Assembly (NCBI RefSeq): GCF_006345805.1
Contig: NC_043005.1
Span: 76,880,001 to 76,944,000, forward strand
Source: Octopus sinensis
Lineage: Eukaryota
Direction of reading: 5' to 3'
DNA length: 64,000 nt
Shown: piece after piece, positions 27,401 through 41,387 of the stretch
How the letters are laid out: every line of letters starts with the position of its first letter
How positions within the stretch are numbered: the first letter of the stretch is position 1
Made by a program: the position numbers and the translations under genes
Notes under the pieces: generated by a model
Database searches by the model: none
Seen by the model: only the letters and a program-made list of their open reading frames with translations
Told to the model about the DNA's origin: nothing

Positions 27401-29404
27401 GGCTTAAAGTTCCTTAACAAGGCGTACATCTGGTGGCAGCAATAAGATAGCTCACTCTCTCTGTTCATGGATACTTCCATTTCCTTAAGTATGTGCAGAT
27501 CAATACATCCCTAGCACCCTAAAACCATCTGGCATTTGTCTCAAATGTCTCACTCATCTACTATCATATGATATGTACCTGTCCTACCCATCCAGAAAAC
27601 TTTAAATCATATGGAACCGAATCAAATTATTATTATACAAGCACACACACAAAAACATACACACATAGACACTCACTCATTCACTAACACACAGAGCCAA
27701 GCACACGCATGCACACAGACACGCACACATACACACAGACACATATGTATGCAAATACGCTGACATCGTTTCTCTACATGCCTCATTTCACATAGACATA
27801 TTATTCCAGTTTCCAACATCTACTTATAGTAGCAAATGCTCGTTACTAGCCATATATTTTCAGTATTTTGAAGCATTTTACTTCATTTTTCCTTTATATT
27901 TTTATTTGAATATATATTTCAATGCCGCATTTATTTAAGCAACTCATTCAAATAAAATTTTATAGGCATTTTACCTAATTTATTCTTTACACACCCAATT
28001 AAATTTATTCATCTCCTACAGCAATTTTTGTTGTTTTTATACCCTTTATTTTATGTGTCATTTTATTCGTTCGTATATTCACCCAGTCTTCTTAAATGTC
28101 TAAACCCTTCCATTTTAATGTTCTCAATCCGTTTTGTTATTATCATTCATCTTTGTTGATAATCCAAATATGCAAATTCCTAGATTTTACTTAATCAAGT
28201 CTATTGATCCCTTTGATAAATTTACTCTTAAATGTGTTATCTACTTAAGACATTCTTTTAAGTAACTTCTTTCTCACGAATCTTCAGAAATGCAGTGTGT
28301 TAGAGCTAACTTTTACTGTTCATATTAAAGGACAAGAGAATCCATCATACCAGAACTTCTGCTGTGTCACCTGCTCCTAGCTACAGCTTTATAAATCACC
28401 GTTGCAGTTCGCCCTCTCACATCATACAACCATCACATTTTCATAGAGCATTTAACAGCGGTCGTCGTGTTGGCATTTTGATACTCAGTGGATATCATCT
28501 TAATATAGGCAAATCATATCCAAATACAGCAAATCATATCTTAAATACAGCTTTAATACTTATGCTCTCCAACGCCATTGGCTGTTCACCAATACAAAAT
28601 AGCATGAACTCTGGTTTAGATTATTCAGTACCGGGGACAATTTTGGCACAATCTAAAATGCTACGTAATTATTTCCTTCTAATTAAACATAGGATTTCTT
28701 TGAATTTACTCTTATCAAATATTCATACAGAAAAGAAATTAATGCAATTTGTTTCAAATTATACTTTCTTACAGGTCTATGTTAAATTATTGACCATTTG
28801 AGAGCCAATATGTCTTTCAATCTCCATCTGTTTTCCTTGACTTCTATATATTGAAACGCTTTAGCCAAGTTTAACTTCCCTTTCTACATACAGCCAAAAT
28901 TATACATAACTATGTATACACGTATGAATATATATATGAATATGTCTGCATGCGTGCGTGCGCACGCGTATGCATGTATGTATGAAAAATTATATATTCA
29001 TGTATATAAAAAGCAAATAAGTAACAAGAATGTCCAGGTGTAAATGCATTGCGGCCGTTTCAAGTGACTCCATTTAGTCGATCAATGAAAACATTACATC
29101 AGTTTGAAAGAGACAGCTCTCCCCAGGCACAGATGACCCTATAGATTTCCAGTATAAGGATAAACCATTTTTAAAGCACAATTTACATCAGTAATAGAAG
29201 CCAAAACAATTACATTGTTTCCTATTGTTAAATTTGTGGCAGACTGAATTTAGGGAAAATGTATATCTAAAGCCTACTCTAATTTAATGAGTATCAGAGG
29301 AAAATAGTAGGGGTCAAGAAAATGGAATGGTGAGATAGTTAATTTACATTTATCTTTTATCTTTATTTAATTTAATTTTATTTATAAGATTATATGCTGC
29401 ATGT

Positions 29405-29650
29405 CGTATAGAACCCTTTAGAATTAAATCAGTTGGGTGTTGACAGTTAAGTTACAGTTGATGGAGAAAAATTACGACCATTATTTTACTGGGACCATAA
29501 ATCTAGTTTTATCTACATAAAAGGAAATGTATCAGAGCTATTAGTAAGAAAATAACTGGTGGGGAAGAAATAATAACAATACGAAGGAAGGGCGAGGGTG
29601 GGTGGCTAGCATATATTTAGATTGTCAAATGAAAGGGAAATAGAGTGGAA
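29405..29650 (+). repeat. Unclassified dispersed repeat (second copy ~33850-34095)
   Basis: Both copies begin GTATAGAACCCTTTAGAA.TAAATCA..TGGGTGTTGACAGTTAAG and stay colinear for ~250 bp. Confidence 0.75.
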
Positions 29651-29946
29651 AACAAAAGAGATCCAGATAAGATTTAAGGGTGGGAATTAGAACCTAGGGT
29701 TACGTGGTTATCATAATTTAGCTAATTTAATATGTTAAAAATTTAGAAAAGAATTTTAGAACAATATAAAGAAAACGATAGATAATTAAACTTAAACCTT
29801 ATAAATGGGGTTCTTTAATATATGAGAATGTTCATAACGTCTATCCTAAGCATATTGCTAAGATGGCCATGATAAAACTATTCCACAATGAATTTATGAG
29901 TAAATTAAATTATCATCTGAGTAGGAGTACTAGTTTATATAAAATC

Positions 29947-30330
29947 GTGGAGGCGCAATGGCCCAGTGGTTAGGGCAGCGGACTCGCGGTCATAGGATCG
30001 TGGTTTCGATTCCCAGACCGGGCGTTGTGAGTGTTTATTGAGCGAAAACACCTAAAGCTCCACGAGGCTCCGGCAGGGATGGTGGTGATCCCTGCTGTAC
30101 TCTTTCACCACAACTTTCTCTCACTCTTACTTCCTGTTTCTGTTGTACCTGTATTTCAAAGGGCCGGCCTTATCACTCTCTGTGTCACACTGAATATCTC
30201 CGAGAACTACGTTAAGGGTACACGTGTCTGTGGAGTGCTCAGCCACTTACACGTTAATTTCACGAGCAGGCTGTTCCGTTGATCCGGATCAACTGGAACC
30301 CTCATCGTCGTAACCGACGGAGTGCTTCCA
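29947..30330 (+). mobile_element. tRNA-headed SINE, family B
   Basis: Full length, with a perfect 12-bp TSD TTATATAAAATC at 29935-29946 and 30331-30342. Confidence 0.92.
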
Positions 30331-30602
30331 TTATATAAAATCAAAACCAAGATAAATATCCTTATTACAGGCGGATAAGTATATCTAAAATATAGAATTG
30401 ACTGTCAGGGGTATTTAAATTAGAGGTGTGTTAAACATATGTTAGAATACAAACGGAAGTAAAAGCTAAACCTATATGGGCATGTACCTATTTGTACCTT
30501 ACATGATTACAAGACCCAAATAAAATAAGTATTATTTTATATCGGGTAAACTAATATAAAAAACATTGAAAATATCTTTATATATAAAAAATATGCATGT
30601 AT

Positions 30603-30639
<37 letters not shown>

Positions 30640-30640
<1 letters not shown>

Positions 30641-30832
30641 TATATAGAAGGAGTTTACACGGACTAGAACTGTTTCATTCAGAGAAATCTCAGGAAGCTT
30701 CCTGAAGATTTCTCTGAATGAATGAAACGTTCTAGTCCTGTAGAAGCTCCTTCTATAAATAAATTATTTTACTCTGCTATGATGAGTACCTTATTTACTG
30801 TGGTTAACCCCGAATCAACCCGGGACCCTACA
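30640..30832. repeat. Fold-back element of the 31.75 kb hammerhead family
   Basis: Imperfect ~55-bp arms centred on CAGGAAG|CTTCCTG (30697/30698), followed by the family tail to ~30832. Confidence 0.85.
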
Positions 30833-30870
30833 TATATATATATTATATATATATATATATAATATATATG

Positions 30871-30913
<43 letters not shown>

Positions 30914-31359
30914 ATATATATATACATGGGTATGTATCTGTATGTAGGAGTATATATATGTGATGTGTGTGTGTGTATGTGTATAGTGTGTATATATATA
31001 TATATATATATGTATATATAATATATATGTATATTTATTGGTGTATATATATAGACTAGCCTCCTAAAGTGTAGACATGAATCTGTAGGTACGAGTACGT
31101 ATGGGTATATACGTGAACGTATGTAGATGTGTTGTATGTATGAATATAATACGCGTGCGTAGTGTATGTGTATGAGTGTACGAATGGGTGTATGTACGTG
31201 CTAATGAGTGTGCGTGTGCGGGAACGAGTACTTGCCTTCTAGTAGACAGACAATTGGACATGCTGCCATCGCCAGGATCCTTAGCCCTAGCGATCAAAGA
31301 TAACAAAAGTAATAATGAAGATAATAAAATTAAAATTAGGGAATGGGCCTGTATTTGAT

Positions 31360-31411
<52 letters not shown>

Positions 31412-31536
31412 GTGTATGTGTAGGTAGGGATAGGCACACATGTGTACGTATGTGGTGTGTGTATGTATATGTGTTTATGTATGTATGTGCACACATTTAT
31501 TTTTTTATTTTTTTAAATTTTTTTATATTTTTTATT

Positions 31537-31568
<32 letters not shown>

Positions 31569-31751
31569 TTTTTTTTATTTTTATTTTTTATTTTATTTTT
31601 TTATTTATCTATTCTTTCATCTAACTTACCACTGACTCCTTGACCACTCCCCCAAGTTGATATTTTGCGCTATGCCTACCCCCAAAAAGTCCCCCACCAC
31701 ACTCCTTTAAACCTGCCTAAATGTATAAATGCTAATACATTCTTGTTAAAT

Positions 31752-31802
31752 AGCTTCCTGAAGATTTCTCTTGAATGAAACAGTACTAGTCCTGTAGAAG
31801 CT
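31752..31802 (+). ncRNA. Complete type I hammerhead motif in a short PLE-tail-like repeat
   Basis: Stem I AGCUUC/GAAGCU; CUGAAGA 31758-31764; stem II UUC-UCUU-GAA with U-U at 10.1-11.1; GAAA 31777-31780; stem III ACAG/CUGU with an 8-nt loop; GUA triplet ending at 31796. Confidence 0.72.
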
Positions 31803-32779
31803 CCTTCTATATAATAAAATATATATATATATATATATAAGAAACTCACACAGATCGCTCGTATTAATGGGTGAAGAAGAAATTTACGAACGCAAGCATG
31901 TTTCCCTCGTCAGTTGTTGATCAAGCATCATCACAATTTCGCCCCTTTCAATAGTCAGCAAAGCGAATGCTACTGAACGTAGAGGAGCAAGTATGGAAAA
32001 CGAAAATAGACTAACGACAAAATCACTAAACGATCAGTCTAAAGAAACTCGGTATCAGATAAAAATATTTTTTCAAAACGAAGTAAGAGAGGGTATACAA
32101 GTTACATAAAGCACTTCAAAATAAGGACAAATCTAAAATTGTCTGTGTATGAAGTAGCACTACAAGGAAGGACAGAAACTAAGATGACATAAAAGAGTTA
32201 AATATCCCTAAGAAACAGGTATCACGACAAATATAGAATTTATTTAGATAAACTTATTCAAATTTGACAGAAAAGCTAGTAAAATCTTAAGACGTTATCA
32301 TCAAAGTCCTGATACACGTTATAACAATGTGGGCATTAATTATGTTAATGAATTATGATGACTGAATGAAAAATATAATAAATATTTAAACAAAGTATAC
32401 CGTTCCCTTTAATATATATCATATTTTGCATCACACAAATGCACACATACAGAATGTGTATTATATTTGCTTCTCTCCTTCCCCCCTCTCTTTATACAAA
32501 CATGTGTTTACGTAAAAATATATATGTATTTATATATATATACACACACACACATATATATATATATGCATATACTCATATGAATATATAAATGTACATA
32601 TACATATACATACATACATACATATATATATATACATATAGGTGTATATATATCTGTATCTATATATACACACACATTCATACGTATATCACTTCACACG
32701 AATATACTAAGACTGTAGCATGTGCATGTTTATTTATGTGTAAACATTTCCTGCTATACATGCATAAATATCAATAAAT

Positions 32780-32869
<90 letters not shown>

Positions 32870-33113
32870 GTCAATCTACACACACACACACACATATACG
32901 TACCTACGTACATAGGCATATAACGATCACACGTTTGATAATGTGTGTGTACTTATGTGCATGCAGAGGGCATATATATATATAAACGTGTATACATATT
33001 TGTACACATACATACATAAATATATATATATGTATGTATATACACACGCGCGCGCACACATATATATATATATAAGCACATATTTACATACGTATATATG
33101 TTTATATATACAT

Positions 33114-33147
<34 letters not shown>

Positions 33148-34276
33148 TGCGCATATATACGTGTATATATATGTTTATACACACACACATACGCACACAT
33201 ACATATATATAAAATGATCGAGAGGGAGTCATCGACAAAATATATGAATCTTTTGCAAAGACGAAGACAATAAAATTTAAATGTAAACGATATCGACAAG
33301 GATCTCATATATCTAGCTTCATTTTGTCGTGTACTGACATTTTCTTTCATCTATTGTTCTAATATTACAATTCATTCTTTTGTCCATTCAAAGGAAACGA
33401 GAAATGTGAAGAAATTCAATTGAGAACTATATTACGGAAGAAATATTACATAAGAATCTTCGCTTGGAAATTTCCTAAACTATATATTATATTTATTATA
33501 TTTGAATTCGAGTGGGAAACCATCTTGATTTCAATATCTCTCGTATTTTTTTGCTAGGAAACAGGTAAATAATTAAATTTTCCGATTATATTCAACTTTC
33601 AAGTGAGAACATTTTTTTATTCAGACCGCCTCCTGACTTGCATTCCTTTCCAAGAACCCTGCGCATTATATTCCACGTTCTTTGCATCTAGAGATGCCGT
33701 ATAATGTTTAGTTAACAACTACCCTGTGTGCGCGTGGCTTCTCCGGAGACATCTACGCCCTCATCGCATCACTTAGACAGACTATACATAGTTACATACA
33801 TTTACACACACACACACACATATTATATATGTTTTTTATGCAGCGCGTAGTATAGAACCCTTTAGAAATAAATCAAATGGGTGTTGACAGTTAAGTTCTA
33901 GTTGATGGTGAGAAATTAATTAGTATCAGATGCTCTTGCCGACCATTATTCTACTGAGACCATAAATCCAGCTTTATCTACATAAAAGGATATGTCTCAG
34001 CGTTGTTAGTAAGACTGGTGGAGAAGAAGTTATAACAATAAGAAGGAAGGACGGGGGGCGGCTAGCACATATTTAGATAGCCAAATGAAAGGGGAATAGA
34101 TCGCTAGCTACTAAACCTTTTATATTTTTATCTTCTCTCTCTTTATTTCTGTGTTCGAGCGTAGGCTCGAAACGTAACAGACTTTCTCACTTCCCGAGCG
34201 TTAAACTAATGCATTTGTTTGTTGTTTACACATCCGTCTTCGTCTTTTGTTTTGTTTGTTTTTTGTAACTTCCAAC

Positions 34277-34328
<52 letters not shown>

Positions 34329-34495
34329 TATATTTTTTAAATAAACATACAAATTTCCACACGAAAGCACATAATCTATGCCCTAGGCACGTAACTTCAA
34401 CCGTGTTTTTTCTGATGTGAATTTGCTACCCAGGTATCGGTTAATTCGAATTATCCTTTATAAGATAATTCATTCATCTACTCAAATATATATAT

Positions 34496-34538
<43 letters not shown>

Positions 34539-34819
34539 TATATATATGTATATATGTATATATATATATATATATTATTATATATCGGCATGGTCATTTT
34601 GCCAGTTTATATATAGATTTTCACGTAAATACATTTACTGATTTCGAAAATCTGTTCGACAGCAATAATAATTCTCTAAACGAGATATAGACAGTAACTG
34701 CTCCATCACATAGGGGACATTAGCCATTTGAATGTGGCTAGAGACAGGGCAGGGCGGTGGGGGTGTTACTGATGCATTTAGCCCCAGGCGATCATCAACG
34801 TCACCAGATATATATATAG

Positions 34820-35021
34820 ATGCAGCACGGATTTTTGTCAGTGAACGGGTCGCGGACTTTAGCGACGAAAATACTTTGACAAATTAAACTTAAATGTTGA
34901 AGTGAATCGAACGGCTTTTGTGTGTTTCTTAAATGTCTTATAAACACCTTCCACGCTGCAATTGTTTTCGTTTCAGCACACGATCTCAGATCAAATTACT
35001 TGCTATGCGAGTACATCTCCG

Positions 35022-35022
<1 letters not shown>
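34820..35022 (+). repeat. Dispersed ~200-bp repeat carrying a hammerhead-shaped module
   Basis: Matches 4580-4782 and is flanked by (TA)n. Confidence 0.85.
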
Positions 35023-35057
<35 letters not shown>

Positions 35058-35915
35058 CCAGTTCACTCTTGACTTATGAAGAAAAATGATAGTACTCGCT
35101 ACAGCATTTTGAAAGCAGGTCAGATATGATCCATGTGACAATGCTCTTTCAGACTTCCCGTGTGAACGTCAACTTCAGAGGTTTGTATACATTCTCGGCC
35201 TTATTCCCCAAAGCATATGCAGCCAGAAAGCAGAGTTGTGCAATCATTGCTACACTGTTTACTTGTAGTGTCGGTTGCATATAGCACCACATTATAACCG
35301 CTTCACGGAGCCTGACTCACATCTGCTGCCACTCGCTAGCTCTCTCCTTGTGGTCGGATCCAAATGGTTTTCCCGATGGAACTCTGTAACGAATTTTGAG
35401 CAGACATCTATGTCAATCATACAAGTGTGTGTATGTATATGTGTTTGTGTTTGTGTTTTCGTGTGTGTGGATGTATATATGCATATATGTATGTATGCAT
35501 GTTTGTATGTAAATATTTATGTATGCGCGAGCAGTTAGAAGGTTTTGTTTTGCTACCTTGGTCCTCATTTAACCTATCAGGTCGGGTTAAATTCCTAAGC
35601 TGTGTCGAAAGCAACTAATACAGGAAATAAATATCTCTAACAGAAATGTCTCAGGTGAGTTTTTCATTGAATTTATGGCAAACATTCACACAAAGTTTCT
35701 ATTATCAGCATTTCTGAAAATGTGGCTGGCCGTACCGAGCCTCTGAAAACAAATCACTCCCATAAACTGTCTTACATAGGTCGAAATCAGCAGGAAAAAT
35801 CCATTATATATATATATATATATATAATATATATATATATAACGTCCTCGCTTTGTTGTTTATTCTTGCTTGTTCATGTATGGATTGACATATATATATA
35901 TATATATTATATATA

Positions 35916-35961
<46 letters not shown>

Positions 35962-35987
35962 TATATAATATATATATATATATAGAC

Positions 35988-36068
<81 letters not shown>

Positions 36069-38564
36069 GTGTGGATAAAGATACGTATATACACACACAT
36101 GCACACACACATATACGTACACAAACACGCACACATAGACACGCTCAAACATACACTGATGCATGTATATCCGTGTGCTTGCTTGTGTATGTATTGTTCC
36201 TTCATGCCTTCGTGCCTTTATGACTGTGGGCGTAAGGATGTGTTTCACCTGCATAATTTTCCAATTATGTAAATGAACACGTTTCTGTGTATGGAACTCT
36301 TTCTTCTGAATAAATGGAGCTATTACACTTGTTACACGTGAATGAAGTTAGACACATTCACTATACTGGAATGAAATTCATCTGTGAAGGAAAATACTAC
36401 TCCCCACTTTCTCTTTTTATTTCACTGTCTTTCCTTCTCTCTCAAACGTTCACATGTACGTCTGACTGTCATATCTACTTGAGTATTGCATTTTGATTAT
36501 ATATTGTTATTGCATAAAAAGACCAACCCTAGATCATTCATTCGATAAAATATTATCTTTATTACTGCGACTGTTATAACACCATATTAAAGTTAATAAT
36601 CGTCACTGCACAAACATGGAATATCTACTTGAAAGTGTAATCGTGTATCACGAACTGCATTCCACTAAACAGTATGTTAATCCACAACACTGGATATGTG
36701 AGTCCTTGTGTGAAGCATATGATAATAGAAGCCATGACCACAGTATTTGATTAATCATAAATTTATCAATAACTGACATTATAGCGAACATCAGCGATGG
36801 TAGATTGGTGAAGGGGCTAAAAGTGTATAGCGTTATATGAAATGATTTATAGTCTTTACCTAGGTAGATACAATCCTTTGTATTTCTGCGTTCAAATCCT
36901 ACCGAAATCTACCTGTCGGTGAAATTGTACCAAACAAGTACAGTACATCATGAATTTTGTGTAACCTTTGTATCAAAAGCGTTTCCGGATTACTGATTTT
37001 CCGAACCAGTGGTTGACACCTGGGTTTAATTTACTAAATATTAGATTTACTTAAACAATGAAATGAAATAGAGATACCTATATAAATGATACAAGTTTAT
37101 TACTACTGTCCTGAGCAAGGTACTAGTCTGTGTTGTGCTTGGTGCCCGGAAGCTGACCTGCCGGTCAGGGTAATTTGAAGTTCCTGCCCGTAAATTAGTG
37201 CGAGTTATAATATTCTGAACTATTAGTGTCCGCCAAGTTGGTGTTGTATACGTTCAAGGATCAAGGTAAGTCTCTATATCATTCACAAAAATTCATAAAT
37301 TCTTACTCTGTGTCTAAATCTAGAATTAATTTTAAGGTTTCATGCGTTAACCCCTTAATTAAAGGCAGTTCTTGCTAATTGATATTGGATATAATATCAG
37401 CGAAACATGAATTTGTAGGGGATATCATCATGTCCGAAACAATTTTTTGGTGGGGTAGAAAACACTGTTATAGGTTTATTTCCTTCAGATAATTTGATAA
37501 AAAGAATCATTCCGGTATTTGATCTGAATACAGACAGAAAAACAGATATAATACAAAAGGAGAAAGAAAAATAGCGAACGCGCTCCATTATTTTCATCTT
37601 CCCGTTATGTCTTATCTTTGTTCATAATCAAATTATGGATAAACATATGAACATAGTTCTTTTAGTAATAATAGCTTAATGTATAATTTAATTTGACAAA
37701 ACTGTGTCTTTTATATTACGAGTAGTCAAAGAACTATCACGTTTTTCAGAATTTCTGAATCTACTGGCAAAATATTTATGATAACACCCATCATGCTGCA
37801 AGAAATGGTTTGTTTTTATGAAGAAATATGAGATTTGTTTCATTTTCTTCTTTTTCTTTTTCGAAGAAAATGTTTGTTGGATGGCTTATAGTTAAAATGG
37901 AAATTGGAATATATTGTATTCAATAATTTCTCTCCATCCTTAAAAATGCACTAAACAATGTCTTTCTGTTTCATTTACTAAAGATATCGTTATGAGCAGA
38001 CGAATTGCTGTGAGAAGAAATTGAAAAAAGGGAAAGAGAATCAAATTACTGATTATCAGGGGAAATAAGAGAGTCATTAATTTTGTGTGTATTTCTTGAA
38101 TAGAAAGGAAGGGATGTATTGTCATTAGAACTATGAATGATGATGAATGAACAAGGAGTGATAAAGTGAGTTTTTGTAATGTTCATGTTAAATAAATATA
38201 TGAAGTCAGGGAGTGGAAGATGTTCTTAAAGTGGCGTTTTACAATTATAATATTTTTTCATGTTGTGGCAACACGCAATAAGAGGCAAGGAGAGTGATAA
38301 GAGGTGTAGAATCAGGGCATAATTTCAGGAAACTCAATAATTCAGAGGAAATGTTATCCTCGTACCTGGAGTTATCTAGCGAAAGTTACTACAAAGGAGA
38401 TAAAACGTTGTTCATTATATTTGGCGGGATTATAAGTACGAATCTGAAGTTGAAGAATACATTATAAGATGCATATATTAATTATATTTAATTGTTATAT
38501 TTTTGCTTTCTTATTACGAACGTATCAACATTTTAAGTCTAAGGTAATCCTGTATAGCGCCATT

Positions 38565-38683
38565 TCATTCTGAAGTTTTCCACATGATTCCGGGTTCAGT
38601 CCCACTGTGTCTAATACTATAACCTTGGGCCGAAAAAATCCTTGTGAGTAGACGTGATAAGCAGAAACTGAAAGAAGCCTGTC

Positions 38684-38755
<72 letters not shown>

Positions 38756-38868
38756 GAAAAATACAAACTGGACAAGAACGTAAAACATTTAGAAGACGAT
38801 ACAAAAAACACGGACGGGACATTCGAAGCCTTCAATCTTCAGTCAAGAACCGGATCATCCTCGCAATT

Positions 38869-38925
<57 letters not shown>

Positions 38926-39130
38926 GTGTGTGTTTGTGTGTGTGAGTGTGTGTGTGTGCGTTTTTGTCTGCATTTGTTCCCCACCACCGGCGTTGTTGAA
39001 TTTATCTCCCCGTAACTTTGCCGTTCGGCAAAAGACTTATAGAATAAGTGCCAGACGTTAAAATAAATAAGTGGTGCATCAGCATGGCCGCAGTCTAATA
39101 ACTGAAACAAGTTAAAAACGAAAGATAAAA
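38565..39130 (+). mobile_element. SINE family C, with an insert in its internal (TA)n
   Basis: Head 38565-38685, (TA)n, unrelated insert 38749-38872, (TA)n, tail 38940-39130. Confidence 0.75.
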
Positions 39131-39760
39131 GACGATGTAATCTAAAGTCTAGAAATGAAATATTTTATGAAGTGAGAAATTTTTTATAGAGAGACAAATA
39201 TTCAACTACACACCGTAGGCTGTACAACTTTTGATAAACTTTCATGGCATCTCCTTACATATAATGCAGCTAAAACGCCTTCTCAGAGTGTAGACATATG
39301 TTCAGATCCTGGAGTCTATTCCAACAGTATATATTAGGATTCTAGGCGGATTTTGCTGTGGTACTAGCAAAATTAACAAGGTTGGACAACTATATTTGGT
39401 AAAACACTTACTGTAAATTACATTGGCGTATATTTTATCTATTTTCAAGCCATATATTTATGTTTTATAGCGACATCCTCAGGCAGAAAGCTTCCAAGGC
39501 AGTTCAAGATATTCTATACAAATATTACGTTTATTTTATCTTCTTGTGTTGCTACATGAATGTGATTAGATATATCTAAGAACGTTTGTCTCAGCCAGAA
39601 ACGTCTGTTGGAAATAAAGCTATTTCAAAAATGGATTGCATTAGCTGCAGTGTCTTGACAGGATTATCCTCAAATAGAACCGCCATTCTGTTAGCATTTT
39701 CTTTCATATAGAAATAATTCTCGAATTCTCTCATTAAATACTCTTTCTCTTCTTACAAGC

Positions 39761-39817
39761 ATGCACACATGCACACGCATAATACATACATACACACATA
39801 CGTATATATATATATAT

Positions 39818-39853
<36 letters not shown>

Positions 39854-39918
39854 CATACATACATACATATATATATATATGCATACATACATACATACAT
39901 GCATACATACATATATGC

Positions 39919-39962
<44 letters not shown>

Positions 39963-40165
39963 TATATATATATGTATATATATATATGTATATATATATA
40001 TGTATGTATATATATATGTATATTATATATATATATGTATATATATATATGTATATATATATGTATATATATATATATATAATATATATATGTACATATA
40101 TATATGTACATATATATATGTATATATATATATGTATATATATATTATATATATGTATATATATG

Positions 40166-40196
<31 letters not shown>

Positions 40197-40198
40197 GA

Positions 40199-40230
<32 letters not shown>

Positions 40231-40253
40231 TATATGTATATATATATATATAT

Positions 40254-40287
<34 letters not shown>

Positions 40288-40290
40288 TGA
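39761..40290. repeat. ~530-bp compound (TA)n/(TACA)n microsatellite
   Basis: Read directly from the sequence. Similar compound tracts at 6400-6760, 10958-11100, 32500-33210, 35800-35985, 41055-41299, 44311-44674, 47676-48000 and 63040-63590. Confidence 0.98.
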
Positions 40291-41087
40291 TTAATTGAAC
40301 AGATAAAGATTTCTTTACCACAAATATTTTAGCAACTTACAGCCAAAGGATAAACGTAAAATAATAATTGTAGTGAATATTCATATGAGCCTGTATACCT
40401 TTTAACACTTGGTATGAAATAAGAATGTAGTTACATCAAACTGAGTGGTCGAAGGTTCGAATCGCAACACCAGTACTGACTGCGTTATTGCGTTGTATAA
40501 CAGATCGAGGAAAACTTTCTGTTTGGAATAGATCTTGTCTGAATTATAAAAAAAGATAGACACGCGAGAGTTTACAAATCAGAAAACCAAAAATACACGA
40601 AAATGGGACAGAAAATCATAGAAAAATAAAGTATCATAGAATCCATATATGCATTTGTGCATGCATGCATGCATTCATATGTGTGCATGTGTATGCGTGT
40701 ATATGTGTGAGTAGCTCATAGATAATTTGTCTTCCAATCGTACCAATTCTTTTACTTCTAAAATTTTGTGAACAACAAACACAATACAATGAAAATCCCG
40801 TTCAGCAACCATTGCAGTGAACTGTTCAAAGTCGTACAATCCTCTTCCTTATTTCCGCCTATTTTTTATGTCCCTCTATACGTTAGCTGATTAGCTTTCA
40901 CTGTGACTGTTCGGTTTCCTCATAGGATTTCATTAGGTATGATTCAGAAGGAGAATATAAGTGAAGATATATGGGGAAAAAATCATAATCTTCTTTACAA
41001 ATTATATTTTGAACGTAAATATTCATATAATGATGGCAATGCTAACATTAAATTGAGTTATATATATATATGTATATATATACCTAC

Positions 41088-41152
<65 letters not shown>

Positions 41153-41243
41153 CAAGTATATATATGTATATATATATATACATATAATATATATGTATAT
41201 ATATATATATATATAAATATATATATATATGTATTATATACGT

Positions 41244-41301
<58 letters not shown>

Positions 41302-41387
41302 GGAGTAAACACATAAATGTGAAACAAGGTGGAAAAAAGAGTACTCAAATACCAGTGGTAGAGTAATATGCTTTATTTTAAGAAAAA

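Noticed and set aside
28364-28801. 145-aa ORF
   Set aside because: AT-rich, no motif, and length compatible with chance.
37300-38460. Possible degraded retroelement ORF
   Set aside because: It looks like decayed coding sequence, but no diagnostic motif could be read in any frame.
39761-40298. Long YI/IY/HT-rich ORFs here and in other microsatellites
   Set aside because: They are translations of stop-free simple repeats and carry no protein signal.
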